Positions 12,307-24,917 of a DNA stretch of 64,000 nt are shown here, piece by piece. The stretch lies in assembly GCA_965649825.1 (NCBI GenBank), contig OZ287696.1:1832081-1896080 (forward strand), read 5' to 3'. Below the pieces are notes generated by a model. The model was not told where the DNA came from, ran no database searches, and saw only the letters and a list, made by a program, of their open reading frames with translations. The translations under genes and the position numbers were made by a program. Source of the DNA: Penicillus capitatus (lineage: Eukaryota > Plantae > Chlorophyta). The number at the start of each line of letters is the position of its first letter. The first letter of the stretch is position 1.

Positions 12307-13242
12307 TCAGCCGTATCGATCGAAACGGACCATGACCGTTCTTCCGTCCAAGTCCGTCATGTGTGTGCTTGAGATGGCCTTCTCTGCATCTTCCTGCTGT
12401 TCGAATTTCACAACACCGTATCCCCTATGACAACACTCTTTCTCACTCTTTAATCGAGAGAGGCTGTTTAATGACCTGGAACGTCCCACGTCATCGTACT
12501 GGATTTCGGCATCGACGGCATTGAACTCTGAGAAAAAATCCATGAGGCGTTCCGAAGAAACAGACCATGGCAAGTTGTGCACCACCAACTGTGCACCCAT
12601 CCATCACTTCCCTGACGTCATCGATTGAAAGAACGGGACATTACTTGCAAACCCGATGAGAAACGGCCGAGTCCAGTGTCGGGGTCTGTACCATACTTTG
12701 GCGTATCGGCATACTCTCCGGTGCGTGTAATGTTGTAGGGATCTGACATGCTGGCACCCTACAAGGCATGTCTCGCATACACGTCATTCAAGGATCGTTT
12801 ACCATAGGCTCGTTGCCATCTGGTCCAGTAACTTGCACGGCCCGCACACGGCCATCTTCTGAATCGTCTATCGCAAATTCCACACTCTCACCATCGCGCA
12901 GGGCACGATATCCAGAACAAATAATATTCGTCTAGGGTAAGACAGACGCCATTAGAAATTAGCGAGGAGTTTTTTAAAGAGGAAACGGACTTGGTGCACG
13001 AAGATGTCGCCTGAGCCGTCGTCGGCTTCGATGAAGCCATACCCTTTCTTCGGATCGAACCATTTGACAACACCTTTCTTCTTTTCCGGCGAAAAAGAAG
13101 AGGGTTCGTAGTCTTCGTCGTAAGCGACGGCCATCAGGCGCAGACGCAAGACATTGGGTTTATGCCTTCGAAACGAAGCGCGATCTGGTTTGGTGGCGGC
13201 AGAGACGCGACCCGAACGTGTAAGACGGTGCTGCAACAACAT
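12307..13242 (-). CDS. NAB1: NAB1-like CSD+RRM RNA-binding protein with N-terminal transit-peptide-like extension
   Basis: [15 protein letters not shown]...DIFVHQ; [10 protein letters not shown]; SGLQ|LVVHNLPWS...YDDVGRSR|GYGVVKF...[13 protein letters not shown], matching the Chlamydomonas NAB1 architecture and its [13 protein letters not shown] motif. Confidence 0.8.
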
Positions 13243-14066
13243 GGTTTATGCGCGAACGGACGCGGATTCGAAGAAGAAACGGAACGGACAAGGCGGCACT
13301 CTTATGAGCAAAGGCGTTCGAAAAGACGAATTCGATGTGACTTGTGAGCAAGATGACTCAAACACCGAACAAACATACACATGAGTGATCGAATGGTCCA
13401 GATCGTTTCTTGTTTTGTGGATATAATGAAAGAAATGTCTGTGTGGTGGGGTGTGCGTGCAAAAGCCCTTTGTGCATAGAGTGGCAAAAGGGGGACGATT
13501 CGTTGAGATGCGGATGTCATGCATACTATCCATATGGGCGAGCAATGACATGTCCAAAGTCCATTTTTTCTAAGCGGCAAGGATATCAGTCTTCTGACAC
13601 GTTTGCTGCCTTGATGGAGAATTTGGCATGACTTACGATAGAAACAGACAATGTCATCATTGTCATGTCTCATGCGGCAACATCCTCTTCACATGCAAGC
13701 AATTCTCAAAAAACGAAATGTTACATAGCCCATTCATTGTTTAGGCAGTCCGTAAAATGTCTCAAACATTCACAACGTTTCCTTTGTCAATAGTGACCCA
13801 TGGGGTCCAGTCCGTCGTGTTGCCTGACGGAAAACAGCTGCTGTGTTGCTGTGCAGGTGTATCCGTAGTCGTGTTGTAGCACAGTAGTGGTCTGCTGTCC
13901 GTTGCGATGGATCTGCAAGGTGTGGTGTTCGTGCGCTGCGGTTGTAGTAATGACGTAACGACGCATGCTACAACATCTGACGTCAGAGATCTGAGGTTGT
14001 CCGCGGGCTACTTAATCGTTCATTCTGCCTAGTTTCTACCTTTGTTTTCTGCTTTTACTTGTTACG

Positions 14067-15176
14067 ATGCGTTTGTTCATCGCCGCTCTGGTGTCTTGCT
14101 TCTTAGTCACTGCCCATGCCGCGGGGTTACCTGGGGTAACATGCTGCTACCTTTCGCCGCGGCGTTCTAAAAGATCTCTTCTCTCGCGTAGGCTTACCTG
14201 GCAGGCGCCGTGTGGGAAGGCGTGTGCGACGAAGGAGTCAAACAGAGTCCCATCAACATCGACACGAGAAGTGCGCGTCGTCGACGCCTCGACTGTTTTC
14301 GACGGTCGGTGCGTTTGTCTAGACGTAACGAAGGTGCCGAGCGCGAATGGACATATCGAACTCGTCAACATGGGAATCCTCGCAAATTATACGGAGTTCT
14401 TCACCGGTACGTCGCTGGAAATCCTCTTCGAAGATTTCGCGACGAAGCCTGAAGTGCGGATTCCCGCAAACGAATATACCATCGGCAACAGCACAAAAGT
14501 CGAAAAAGGTCAGATGTTGGAGCTTGAGCTTCTCCAGATGCATTACCATACCGTCAGCGAGCACACGATTAATGGTTTCCACGCCCCCGGAGAACTTCAT
14601 ATCGTCACCAAAGTGAAAGATGGCGAATCCGATTATTGCGATACAGTTGGGTGTCTTGCCGTTTTTGGCATCTGGACTGTCTTCGAAGGAGAGGGCGGGA
14701 AACCGAATGAAGTTCTCGAACAGATGTTCGCCACAGAGCTCCACGCAGCCGGTGTGGATCACGGCGAAAAGAAGCACGAATTGTTGAATCTGAATGAGGT
14801 GTTGCCGGAGTCATTGGATTACTACACATATCTTGGGAGCTTAACAACGCCTCCCTGTTCCGAAATCGTCTCATGGCATATGTTTGCTCAACCGATTGTT
14901 GTCTCGCCCGAAGTGATTGAACAGCACCAGTTCTTGGTGGCAGCTACTCCTGGCGACGATTGCGTCTTTAAATTCGGAGACACGTGTTTTCCGCCACGAG
15001 AGAAAACAGATTACCGTCGTATTCAGAAGTGGAACAAACGATATGTCCACTATGTGGAGTACGCTGGAGAAGAACTGGAAGGAAGAGAGCAAGCAGAAAA
15101 AACGACAAAAGAAGAGGACCATTCTGAGGAAGAGCACTCAGACGAAGAACACTCAGACGAAGAGCACCATCCTTGA
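14067..15176 (+). CDS. Secreted alpha-carbonic anhydrase 1 with His/Glu-rich C-terminal tail
   Basis: Signal peptide MRLFIAALVSCFLVTAHA; QSPINI, QMHYH, SEH, GELH, YLGSLTTPPCSE; two 5' introns. Confidence 0.93.
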   Translation: MRLFIAALVSCFLVTAHAAGLPGVTCCYLSPRRSKRSLLSRRLTWQAPCGKACATKESNRVPSTSTREVRVVDASTVFDGRCVCLDVTKVPSANGHIELVNMGILANYTEFFTGTSLEILFEDFATKPEVRIPANEYTIGNSTKVEKGQMLELELLQMHYHTVSEHTINGFHAPGELHIVTKVKDGESDYCDTVGCLAVFGIWTVFEGEGGKPNEVLEQMFATELHAAGVDHGEKKHELLNLNEVLPESLDYYTYLGSLTTPPCSEIVSWHMFAQPIVVSPEVIEQHQFLVAATPGDDCVFKFGDTCFPPREKTDYRRIQKWNKRYVHYVEYAGEELEGREQAEKTTKEEDHSEEEHSDEEHSDEEHHP

Positions 15177-15694
15177 TCGTGAATAGCGGCCTATGGATGA
15201 ACTTATTTATATTCTTATTTTTTCTTTGCTTGGCACACAAAGCAGCAAATAATATTCCATCCCGTCCGTCTTTCTTTTTTCTCTGAATGCCAGCACATCA
15301 ACACATCGCACAAGACGAACTGACAGATCATGGTTGAGAAGAGAAGAGGACATTGGTATGGGTGGGGTATTGAATGTAGACGGATCGTGATGGATCCGGC
15401 CTAGTCCGATCATGGCAAGTCTCATGGAATACTTACTTGATGCAAGTGTAAAAGCAAGATCCGGAAGGTGTGCTGTAGCGTAAGATCTCTTTCATCGCAT
15501 CGCTGGATTCGTTCGTTCGAGAGAGGACGGCGCATTATCGACATGGTTATGAGGTGACGTCTCGTTGCCAGACGCCATGCGTCGTGACGTAATGTCAAAT
15601 ACAGTAATGGGCTATTTGACCCGCTCCGCGTCGACTCGTTCTGTGCGTTCGTTGACTGCCTTCTCTGCTTTGCTTTCTCGGTTTTGTCGATAGA

Positions 15695-16728
15695 ATGCAC
15701 TCGCTGCTGTTCACTGTCTTTATGACTTACCTCATCACCTTTGCGTCTGGTGGACAGGTATCCAACGGTTTAGAAACGGTACCTCGGAACTGAACAGTAC
15801 ATACAATACATAGGGCGCATTTGATTACCATCCAATGTCCAAGTGGCCAGACATCTGTGCCGTCGGGACAAACCAGAGTCCAATCAACATCGACACCAAC
15901 AGTGCGCCGCAACGGTAGCCGTCCTTCGAAGTCAACTGTTTTGACATTGTAGACGTCGAACCTTCGCCACCAGATGCGTGCCGCGTGGAAATCGGCACCT
16001 TGGGTACGCTCAGTGCGTACACCGTTTTCTCGACGGGTGTCTCACTGGAGGTCGCTTTCGACGAGTGGTCCACCCAACCCGACGTGCGCATTCCTGCCAA
16101 CGACTATACGATCGGCAACAGCACGACGCTAAAACCGGGAGAGATGTTGGCGGTCGAGCCAGTCCAAATGCACTATCACACTTTCAGCGAACATACCTTC
16201 GATGGATTTTACGCCCCTGGAGAACTCCACATCGTCGCGAAGGTGAAGGACAATGCGTCCGACTACTGTGATAAGACAGGTGGTTGTCTGGCCGTTTTCG
16301 GCATCATGACGGCACTAGTGGGCGAAAACGCCCGGACGCATGAAACCTTTGATCACCTCTTCCACGAGATCCCGGATGGGGTGGGCATCGAGAATGGCAT
16401 TTTTAAGGCGAAGAGACTCAACTTGGACGATTTTTTACCGTCCAGTCTTGACTACTACACCTACTTAGGAAGCCTAACCACGCCGCCCTGTACGGAGAAA
16501 GTGACATGGCATGTCTTCACAGAACCGATCTCGGTGAAGCCAGAAGTGATCGAGAAACATCAAATGATGGTCTCTTATACTCCGGGATCTGATTGCGCGT
16601 TCACCGTCTTCGGCACCTGCTTTCCACCGCGAGAGAAAACCAATTGCCGTCGAACGCAGCCTCTGCTCGAACGCAAGGTGTATTTGGTTGAAGACGATGT
16701 GCATGGATGTTTTGGATGCAGTGACTGA
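15695..16728 (+). CDS. Secreted alpha-carbonic anhydrase 2
   Basis: Signal peptide MHSLLFTVFMTYLITFASG; QSPINI, QMHYHTFSEH, GELH, GSLTTPPCTE; same intron positions as CA1. Confidence 0.93.
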
Positions 16729-17156
16729 TCATGATCGACGTCATGTCTCAACCATTTCTCCCTTTTATTCTGTGTTCTAACGCTTTCAGAGATTTGGGTT
16801 TCGTCTGCTACACAGGATTCTCATTCTGACAGTGTGACTAGAAATCTGGGCAGTACGGACTTGATGGACAGGAGTTAGACGAGAGCAGACATTAGGCTAT
16901 TGCAATAAGATGCTGTTCTTTTCTGCTAAACGTACCGCCGTCATCTGCATGCAGGATGGACGGATGGACTGCCATGCGTACATGGAATCTAACAAGGCAC
17001 AGACTGTCATCAGTGCTGCTCGAGCACTTTTCTCGACACGAGGCTTGTGCATTGTGGTGGCCATTGGCATACAGGTAGGTGTGCGGTCAGAATGCTAGAT
17101 GGCCATGGGTGTGTCGCCTGCGAGGTTTGCCATGATCGTTAACTCGTTGGCGGGCG

Positions 17157-17179
17157 ACGAACGAACGAACGAACGAACG
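17157..17179. repeat. (ACGA)5 microsatellite
   Basis: Read directly from the sequence. Confidence 0.9.
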
Positions 17180-17726
17180 CATTCAAGCTTTGTCGAAAGG
17201 GTCTTTTCTCCGAACGGCGATCGTTGTTGACGCCGTTACTTACGACCGCTTCCGATCAGAACGCATTCATTCCAACGCAACGAATCTTCGAGGCGCTCTC
17301 TCCAGAGAGTTTAAAGACAAAACAGGCATTCTCTTGGAATCCGCTGCGGGGATAAGTCTGTACCGACAAGACGGGTTTCTAGACAGGCTATTTCTTGCGC
17401 TTGACTTCGAATTCGTCTTACTAGACACGCGGTTTTTTATGGACGGTAAGGAAAAAGATCTTCTCTTCTTCTTTCACTTTGGGGACGCGGGTCTCCTGTG
17501 AAATTTATTGATAAACCGTCAGCTTACTGTCAGAGGTCTTGAGCCCTGGAAGCTATCTGCAAGAATCGATTTCGGCCAGGTGTTTTGCATATCGTGGTCT
17601 CAAATCACTCGGATGACGAAGCTGAATGGTCGTTAATTAAAGCGGTTGTGTATTTAAACGCGAGTTGTCGGCCTTACATTTAGTCGCATTCTCGCGTTGG
17701 GTTTCTTGAAGTTTTGAAAAAAAGCC

Positions 17727-18743
17727 ATGTATCCGTCCTCCTTCCTTGTGGTAGTTCTCTCCGTGTTTATCGCTGGCGTCCATGGAGTCGGGGTATCACA
17801 CGCCGTCTTTAACGATTCGCTTCGTTTCGAATCTTTGTCTTGTGTCGTTTAGCTTGATGTCCGCCACAAGTACTCTGCGAGAGCTCACTGGCCAGATGTG
17901 TGCGAACATGGTCACCAACAGAGTCCTATCAACATCGATTCAAAAGGTGCGGTCACATGTTAATGACCGTGCTGCGTAACAACGCGTCTTGCGCTAGGCG
18001 CGGGTGCCGCACCCGGCCACGCCGGAAGCGTTCAGTTCGGTACGTTGGGTACATTAAAAGAGTATACGGTGTGGTTCACGGGATCGCGTTTACAACTTAA
18101 ATTTGATAAGTGGTCGAAAGAAGCAACTATCCGCGTGCCGGCCAGCCAGTACATGGTCGGCAACAGTACCAATTTGAAAATCGGTGACATGCTCGCCATC
18201 GAGCCCAGGGAGATGCATTACCACACCATGAGTGAGCACACGGTTGACGGATGCTATTTTCCGGGTGAACTGCATATCGTGACCGAAGTCAAGGAGGGCG
18301 AATCGGACTACTGCGATCTGACGGGCGGCTGCTTTTACGTGTTTGGTGTGATGACGGGTTACGAAGGAGAAGGCAAAACCGCGAACAAGGAACTGAAGAA
18401 GCTGTTTTCCAAGATGCCCCAAGGAGTCGGTACCACAGTTGGCATGAATTACAAAGAGAAGCTTAGTATGGACAATTTTCTGCCGATCAATCGAGATTAC
18501 TTTACGTACCTTGGCAGTTTGACAACACCACCCTGTTCTGAGGTGGTCACCTGGTTGGTTTTTACTAATCCCATTACAATCTCCAAGAAACTCGTCGAAG
18601 ACCACCAAATGTTGGTTTCTTTCACTCCTGGAGATGACTGTACGTATTCCTTTTTTGGAGTCTGCACACCGCCTAGAGAGAAAACGAACCATCGCCTTAT
18701 TCAGCCCTACCACGGGCGCCAGATTTTTTTGGTGAAAACATAA
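17727..18743 (+). CDS. Secreted alpha-carbonic anhydrase 3
   Basis: Signal peptide MYPSSFLVVVLSVFIAGVHG; QSPINI, EMHYHTMSEH, GELH, GSLTTPPCSE; same intron positions. Confidence 0.93.
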
Positions 18744-19350
18744 ACCTGTAGGATTCGTGATACAATCGTATGGAGGCATAGAAAAAAAAGCGACATGCAG
18801 ACACTTCTGCATTATCCTTTGATTGATACGAATACAAGTATTCCTGGAATGTGTCGCCGGTCAAGATATGGATGGATCTGTTTGTCTGTCACAGTTTTAC
18901 CAGTATTCTTTTCTTTGTTTATCCGCAATCAAGAAAACTCAGTCCACAGAGTAAACGTCCTGTTCGGTTACCTTCTTGCTAACGTATGTCAGTCAAGCTG
19001 TTGAACGTAGCTGTTCAATTTAAGACTGTATGGAAATAAGGCCTAGACAATCCTTGTGAGCTGGAAGTCAGTGTTTCTGAATCTGTGGGAGAGAGAATGC
19101 ACGAACGGCAACGTGCCTTTTCACTGGGTCTGTGAATCGTGGTTGTAAGACTTTAGATCGGCTAACGGTTGTCCTGAATCGAACATGTCGAAAGTCACAG
19201 ATGGTCGATACGTTCATTGTCGCTCCCGCCACGTATCAGCCCATCCAAATGGTCTGGTCCTCTCGGCCTTCATAGAAGTAAGCGCATTCTCGTATCGACT
19301 GTGTCGTTACCGGCGACGGGCTGCACGTTTAGAAAGCTCGGAGGACAGAA

Positions 19351-19692
19351 ATGGCGGAAGCGTCTCGAGAAGTCTGCTCTGTTAAGGAATCCTCGCCGCC
19401 GAACACGGTAGACATGACCCATCCAATTCGATCGGTTTCATCGCGTCCGACAGTAACGCAGAACAGTATCCCTCCTGTCTGCAATGTGTACTTCCTCTTT
19501 TTCTTTTCTGGTCTGTTCATCTCGCCACTGCTTCTCATCGGTGGCATGTTTGGTGTATACTCCGACAAGCCTTACGAATTCTGGGCGGGTAAGGCAAGCG
19601 CCATCGCATGTATGGTGTACACGGTCGTCTTCGTGATAGCTGGTTCGATCATACCACTGTTGGGTAACGGAACGACAACATTCGAGATTTAG
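19351..19692 (+). CDS. Small two-TM membrane protein, hypothetical
   Basis: Intronless 113-aa ORF with two hydrophobic helices joined by YSDKPYEFWAGKASAIA. Confidence 0.5.
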   Translation: MAEASREVCSVKESSPPNTVDMTHPIRSVSSRPTVTQNSIPPVCNVYFLFFFSGLFISPLLLIGGMFGVYSDKPYEFWAGKASAIACMVYTVVFVIAGSIIPLLGNGTTTFEI

Positions 19693-20376
19693 TGCACCGG
19701 CTGCGTCCGACGCCATTGACAGCAACGATGTTTTCATTCCAAAAATGACTTTCTCGTCTTAAACTTACCACCTGCTCGCTGTCGTGCATAGTTTGATGGG
19801 TGATTTCAATTGGGTTCCTCGTCTCGGTAAATGCATTACTTATTACGAAACAGGGGGTAGATCTTATCGCGCAAGCTATGTCTGCTGTGTTTTACTTCCT
19901 GTATTCTTCAATGTTTGTACCGTCTCTACCACTTTGTGCTGGACAATGATGGTTCATGTAATGGTTACGCAGGCCTTATGATCATTTTGATCGCTTGGAA
20001 ATGCACCGATCGGGTGGTCCGTTGTTGTTTGATGTGTCGACACGGTAATCCGATTGATGGTATTCGAAATCTACCTGCCTCCATTCATGACCACGCGATC
20101 AGCAACTGAGATACTCAGGACCGTCGATTGTGGATAGGCATTTGACGCATCGCCCTCGGCGAGATATGTGTCCGTCGGCTGCCTCTATGAACTCCGTCGA
20201 GAAGATTGGCGATCGCGGCGAGAAGTCGATTTCACGGTATACGCTTTCGGCCTGTATCCGCGATATAACCGAGATTTCAATCACGCAGACCTCACACGTC
20301 ATTTCTCCAGAGACGGAAGAGAATTGTCAAAGAATGGGTCAGTCGCGGCCAAAAAGAAGTGCGATCGATCATCGCG

Positions 20377-22066
20377 ATGCTCGATCGGCCACGTGGTCTC
20401 ATGCCATGCACAATAATGTCTGCTCGTTATGCGCGTACGATCGCGCCTTGTTCGCGACTTCTGACGAAGTGGCACCATTATCTGCGCGTCCGACGTGTGA
20501 TAGCCTCCTACGAGGGCGCCGCAGCAAACGGTACCAAAACAGCCGTCAGCGCTACGCGACCAGAGGTTCATTCAGTGCTCCTTTCGCTGTCCTGTAACAA
20601 ACATCATGGCTGTAGGTTTCGCAGAGAATTCGCGAAACACAAGATCCTACCGTGGTTTTGACACGAAAATATGTTACAGGAAGGGCAGACTGTCTGTCTC
20701 TGGGACAAGGCATCGTTTACTGGACACCACCCATCGAGGCACTCGATGCTGTTCTCCCGTTGGCCAAGACCGATCCCATGATCTCTTCCTATGGTCCCGA
20801 TGAAGGCATCCCCGAACTCAGAGAGAAACTCAGACAGAAGCTTGCCGTCGAGAACGGTCTCGAAGAGGTGCACCCTGATATACCCGATCGATCGTCCACG
20901 ATTCTTTGTGCCGAAGTACGATGTGATCGTCACCGCCGGAGCAAATCAAGCTTTCATAAACTGTCTGCTGACATTCTGCGATCAGAACGATGGCGTCGTG
21001 ATGTTCAAACCGTATTACTTCAATCACGCCATGTCCATGCAAATGACTGGCTCCTCTGCACGCCTCATCGAGGGCGTCTGTGATCCAGATACGTTCCAAC
21101 CGGACCTTGATTGGCTCGAGCAGAGGTTCCACGAACCGGATCCACCGAAGATGGTGGTTCTGATCAATCCCAACAATCCCACAGGTCTGTGGCGAGATAG
21201 ATCTTAAGACGCGTTCCATATGAACCGATCGATAGGTGTCTTGATGTCAAAAGCGTCGCTAGAAAGAGCAGCCGACATCTGCGAGAGACACGGAGCGTGG
21301 CTCTTGGTCGACAATGCCTATGAGTACTTTGTTTACGAAGGCCGACAGCATCACTGTGTCTCGGGTGCCCATATCATTCACATCTTTTCATTCTCAAAAG
21401 TGAGCGATCCTTTACGGATGAAATGGCCACGTTTGACGTCTTCTGCAGTCGTATGGGATGATGGGGTGGCGCGTCGGATACATTGCCTATCCCAAATTCG
21501 ACGGAGATCAGTCTATCGAACGCGAGCTCCTTAAAGTGCAAGACTCCATCGCCATCTGCTCCTCTCAAGTAGGACAGCATTTGGCGCACGCATGCCTCGC
21601 TGTCGGTTCAGAGTGGGTTACACAACATGTCCGTTCGATCGAACGTAACGCCTATGCACGATCATCTCACACAAATACACGTGTGACGCTAGGCCATCGC
21701 CAAGCAGTGCTCGAAGCGCTCACGCCTCTTGGCACAATGGGAGATGGTATCTACGGTGGAGACGGCGCTTTCTATATCTGGGTTCGACTGCCAGATGGCT
21801 GCGAAGACGACGACCGTGTCGTTCGTTGGCTCGTTCAGAATCATGGTATCTGTTTAATTCCTGGCACCTCCTGTGGTCTACCAGGTCTGCCTATCCACGC
21901 ATCATCTGCCCATCCCTCATGTATCTTCGTTCTACAAGGCTACGTGCGTATCGCCTTTGCTAATCAACCATACGAAAAGTGTCAACTCGCCTGCGAGCGT
22001 TTGAAGGCTGGATTGAAAGAACTCGTGACCAAGGGCCCGACGGTCATGCGACTGCTTTCCTCGTGA
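20377..22066 (+). CDS. ISS1: PLP-dependent class I/II aminotransferase, ISS1/VAS1 type
   Basis: SLGQGIVYWTPP...ISSYGPDEGIPELR; VTAGANQAF; PYYFN; NPNNPTG; DNAYEYF; FSFSK|YGMMGWRVGY; WLVQNHGICLIPG; collinear with Arabidopsis ISS1/VAS1 as I recall it. Confidence 0.85.
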
Positions 22067-22253
22067 TGGCGAGGTCGGATGTCTCTGCATCTGTTCGTAC
22101 TGTGTGAGTGTTAACCGCCATGAGGACGATAGGATTCTTGCACCTGCGTTCAGTTTGCTCTTCCGTCTCTTTCATGCACTCTTGACCAAACGAGCGTCGC
22201 AACGAAGTGTCGCTTTGCCGTCTGTGTGTTCGAGAACGACCCTTACTTAAACT

Positions 22254-22895
22254 ATGCGGCAAGTGCGTTTCAGTCCAGGGCCATTTTTAGACCAGTACGA
22301 AGATGGCCACCCACCTGAAAAACACTCTGAAGAAGAACGACGGCGTTACCGCAGTGGACTCCCTTCAAAATCCGATCTGGAGACTGCCACGGTCGACGCC
22401 TCGCGCTTCGAAGAGGCCTTTCAGCAGTGGATAGGGCGGTACGAGGGTCAACAGAATTCAACACCACATCGCAATAAAGAGAACACGCTTCTTATGGGTC
22501 CCAATGATGACGTTGTCGAAGGAGAATCCATTCCAGCGTCAGACTATAGCTATCATGCTTACAAGGCATCGGACAAAGGACGCATGAACACCAAAGAGTG
22601 CTTTGTGATTGATATCTCGGCCGTTTCGGCCTGTACAGATCCTACAACGACGACCACTCGCAACATTCCATCCACTCGGCATGTGCTGCTAAGTTGCTGT
22701 GGGTCAAGACAGGAAACAACAGAATCCACGACGCATCATGACAACCCTTTTCAGTCTTCTTCTTGCACTGTTCCACTGTGAGCTGGATGCCATTCGATCA
22801 TGATGTGACTGCTGTGTCGTGTCTGTAGTTATATGAAGCACGCCATTGTTGGAGCTCTGCTCACCGGAGCGGTGCTTCTCTTCACGAATCTATGA
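22254..22895 (+). CDS. Hypothetical tail-anchored protein
   Basis: 175-aa ORF plus a final exon MKHAIVGALLTGAVLLFTNL*. Confidence 0.4.
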
Positions 22896-23533
22896 GGACG
22901 GAGAGACATCTTACGTCCGGAGGATATAGCTGTCTTCTTTGCGTTCTGCGAACTGGCTGTTATTTAGTTAGTCGGGGTCCATTGTTGTTTTCCCTTAAGA
23001 TTTCTGGGAAATGTCAGAATATATCAACCCTCCGTTCGTTTCAATAAATCGCTATGCAATTCTTCTGTCTGGATTTCGTCTTTCTTATGCTGTCCCAGAC
23101 TTCCTAATTTTTCCAGTGATCCTTTCCCCGGGCTTGGAAGTTTCGATTTGATTGTTTGTACATGTGAGCAGGTCGTTCGTTCCAAGTTTCACCCCGGACA
23201 ATAAATTCAATTCTCTGTGTATGAGGTATGGATTCAACGCTTCATGAGTGTCTGCCGTCTCTCGCACAGTGCATGGGATTTCATCCTAGCTACAAGGCGC
23301 CCTCGGGAGGCAACATTGAATAAGATAAGCAACAACAACAACAAAGCAATGGATACGTAAGAGGATACCTGATTTTGGCCCTGACAGCACGTCGTGATCG
23401 ACACTTCTTCCTTGCGTGACGCCCATCTTCTGATTTTTTGTTTAATAAGGGAGACGTTCACTTGTAACGCTTGACCAAGGAGTGACCAAGATTTCATCAT
23501 TATCATTATACACTTACATACCCTGAGTGAGAC

Positions 23534-24199
23534 TTATGGACACCAGTATTGTTCATGGGCTTCTCTTCTGGATGCCATCACTATGGCCCCACATCTCACA
23601 CAATGGAAACAAGAACCATCTTCCAAGGCATAACGATTTAAATCTTCTCTTCCAGTTTCCTACGACATGGGTGGGTATATAACTATGCTTTCCCTGGGTA
23701 TGCCATACGGCAAGAATACAGTCCTCAATGTTGGGCGAGGTGCTGATGACTTCTGCATGACTTTGAGATGTGACCTAATAGATCAGCACCCATATATCGA
23801 AAAAAAGGGAGAGTGGCGCAACATGACGTGTGTCCAGACCCAAACCTTGAAAAAGATTTGTTAGATGATCGATGTTTCTTTCTGGAGGTGCCGCATCGTT
23901 ATTGACACCCCTCAAGAATTCTGCACAGGCTCTAGAGGCGCACATTCTCTACACACTTTGAGAGAGTGCGTGTCTCTACCGACCTTTGCACAGCATCTTT
24001 AGCCAGCTCGTCATTCCCCACCAACCGCAAAGCAGATAAGACACGCTAGAAACACACTTTCTCATTTTACAAGGGCGGCGGCGGCGGCGAAGCGCGCTTG
24101 AAATGCCGCTTCGGGATGACCGGTCTGTAACAGAAGGTGTGCTTCTCCTAAGATGCGTCGTATGCGCGATGTCGATTGCCGTAGAACGCCGTCGCTCAT
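23534..24199 (-). CDS. Small conserved green-plant C2HC zinc-finger protein (spliced; not visible in the ORF track)
   Basis: ILGEAHLLLQTGHPEAAFQ|RVLSALRLVGNDE... across a GC-AG intron (24046-24097); last exon ETGREDLNRYALEDGSCFHCVRCGAIVMASRREAHEQYWCP*, resembling plant ETGR...DGSSFICLQCGG...H...YWC proteins. Confidence 0.62.
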
Positions 24200-24419
24200 C
24201 GTTTCTCGAGAGCAATGGGATAGATTTCTTTCAGTCGGAGAGGTTCCTAGATGGTTAGTCAGATTGTTGGTTGGTTCGTTCGTGCAACACGAAGATATCA
24301 TTTGCAACATCTATCGCATGAAAAAACGAGACATGGTATACTACACTGGCAGTCAAAACCACAGATATCCAGAACTCCATTCGTCGTCACTGCATCCACG
24401 GCAAGGAATGGGCGGACAT

Positions 24420-24917
24420 CTATGCAAACGATGACGGTGAGTGGGCTAGATGGTCACACATATCACTGCGGATCAGGGCAGAGGGGCAACATTCCGGACA
24501 CTCGCATGACATTCGGGAATACAGCACTGCCATCAAGAACAATGCAACCGTCGAGAAGTAAGCAACAAGTGCGTTGTCACAGTCTGTCGTGTCATTCGTT
24601 CTGCTTTTTCTGTGGCAAAGTGGAGCATGAAGGAGAGGGGGATAGATGCAATGCGGACGGACTTGGAAGCGACTCGAGCCAATTCTGACGCACTGAAAGG
24701 CGATGGCCGCGACACCAATAAAGATAACGGCGTTCATGACGCGGACGCCTATCGAAGGCGCATTTGCGGCGGCATTTCCCGTCTGGGAGTTATTGGTATC
24801 GTCACCCGGACACTCCTCCGAGACACATTGGTCTGTCGTGCGACGGCTGCCGTTCTCAGGACTGCGACAAGTCGTCACGACGCTGGTATTCTCGATTGCT
24901 TGAGAAGAACTGCTCAT
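24420..24917 (-). CDS. Hypothetical membrane protein
   Basis: ORF with two hydrophobic segments and a Cys-rich end; one probable intron. Confidence 0.4.
   Translation of the reverse strand: MSSSSQAIENTSVVTTCRSPENGSRRTTDQCVSEECPGDDTNNSQTGNAAANAPSIGVRVMNAVIFIGVAAIAFQCVRIGSSRFQVRPHCIYPPLLHAPLCHRKSRTNDTTDCDNALVAYFSTVALFLMAVLYSRMSCECPECCPSALIRSDMCDHLAHSPSSFA

Noticed and set aside
17190-17501. 103-aa ORF between CA2 and CA3
   Set aside because: Non-ATG start, no motifs, no convincing frame on either strand.
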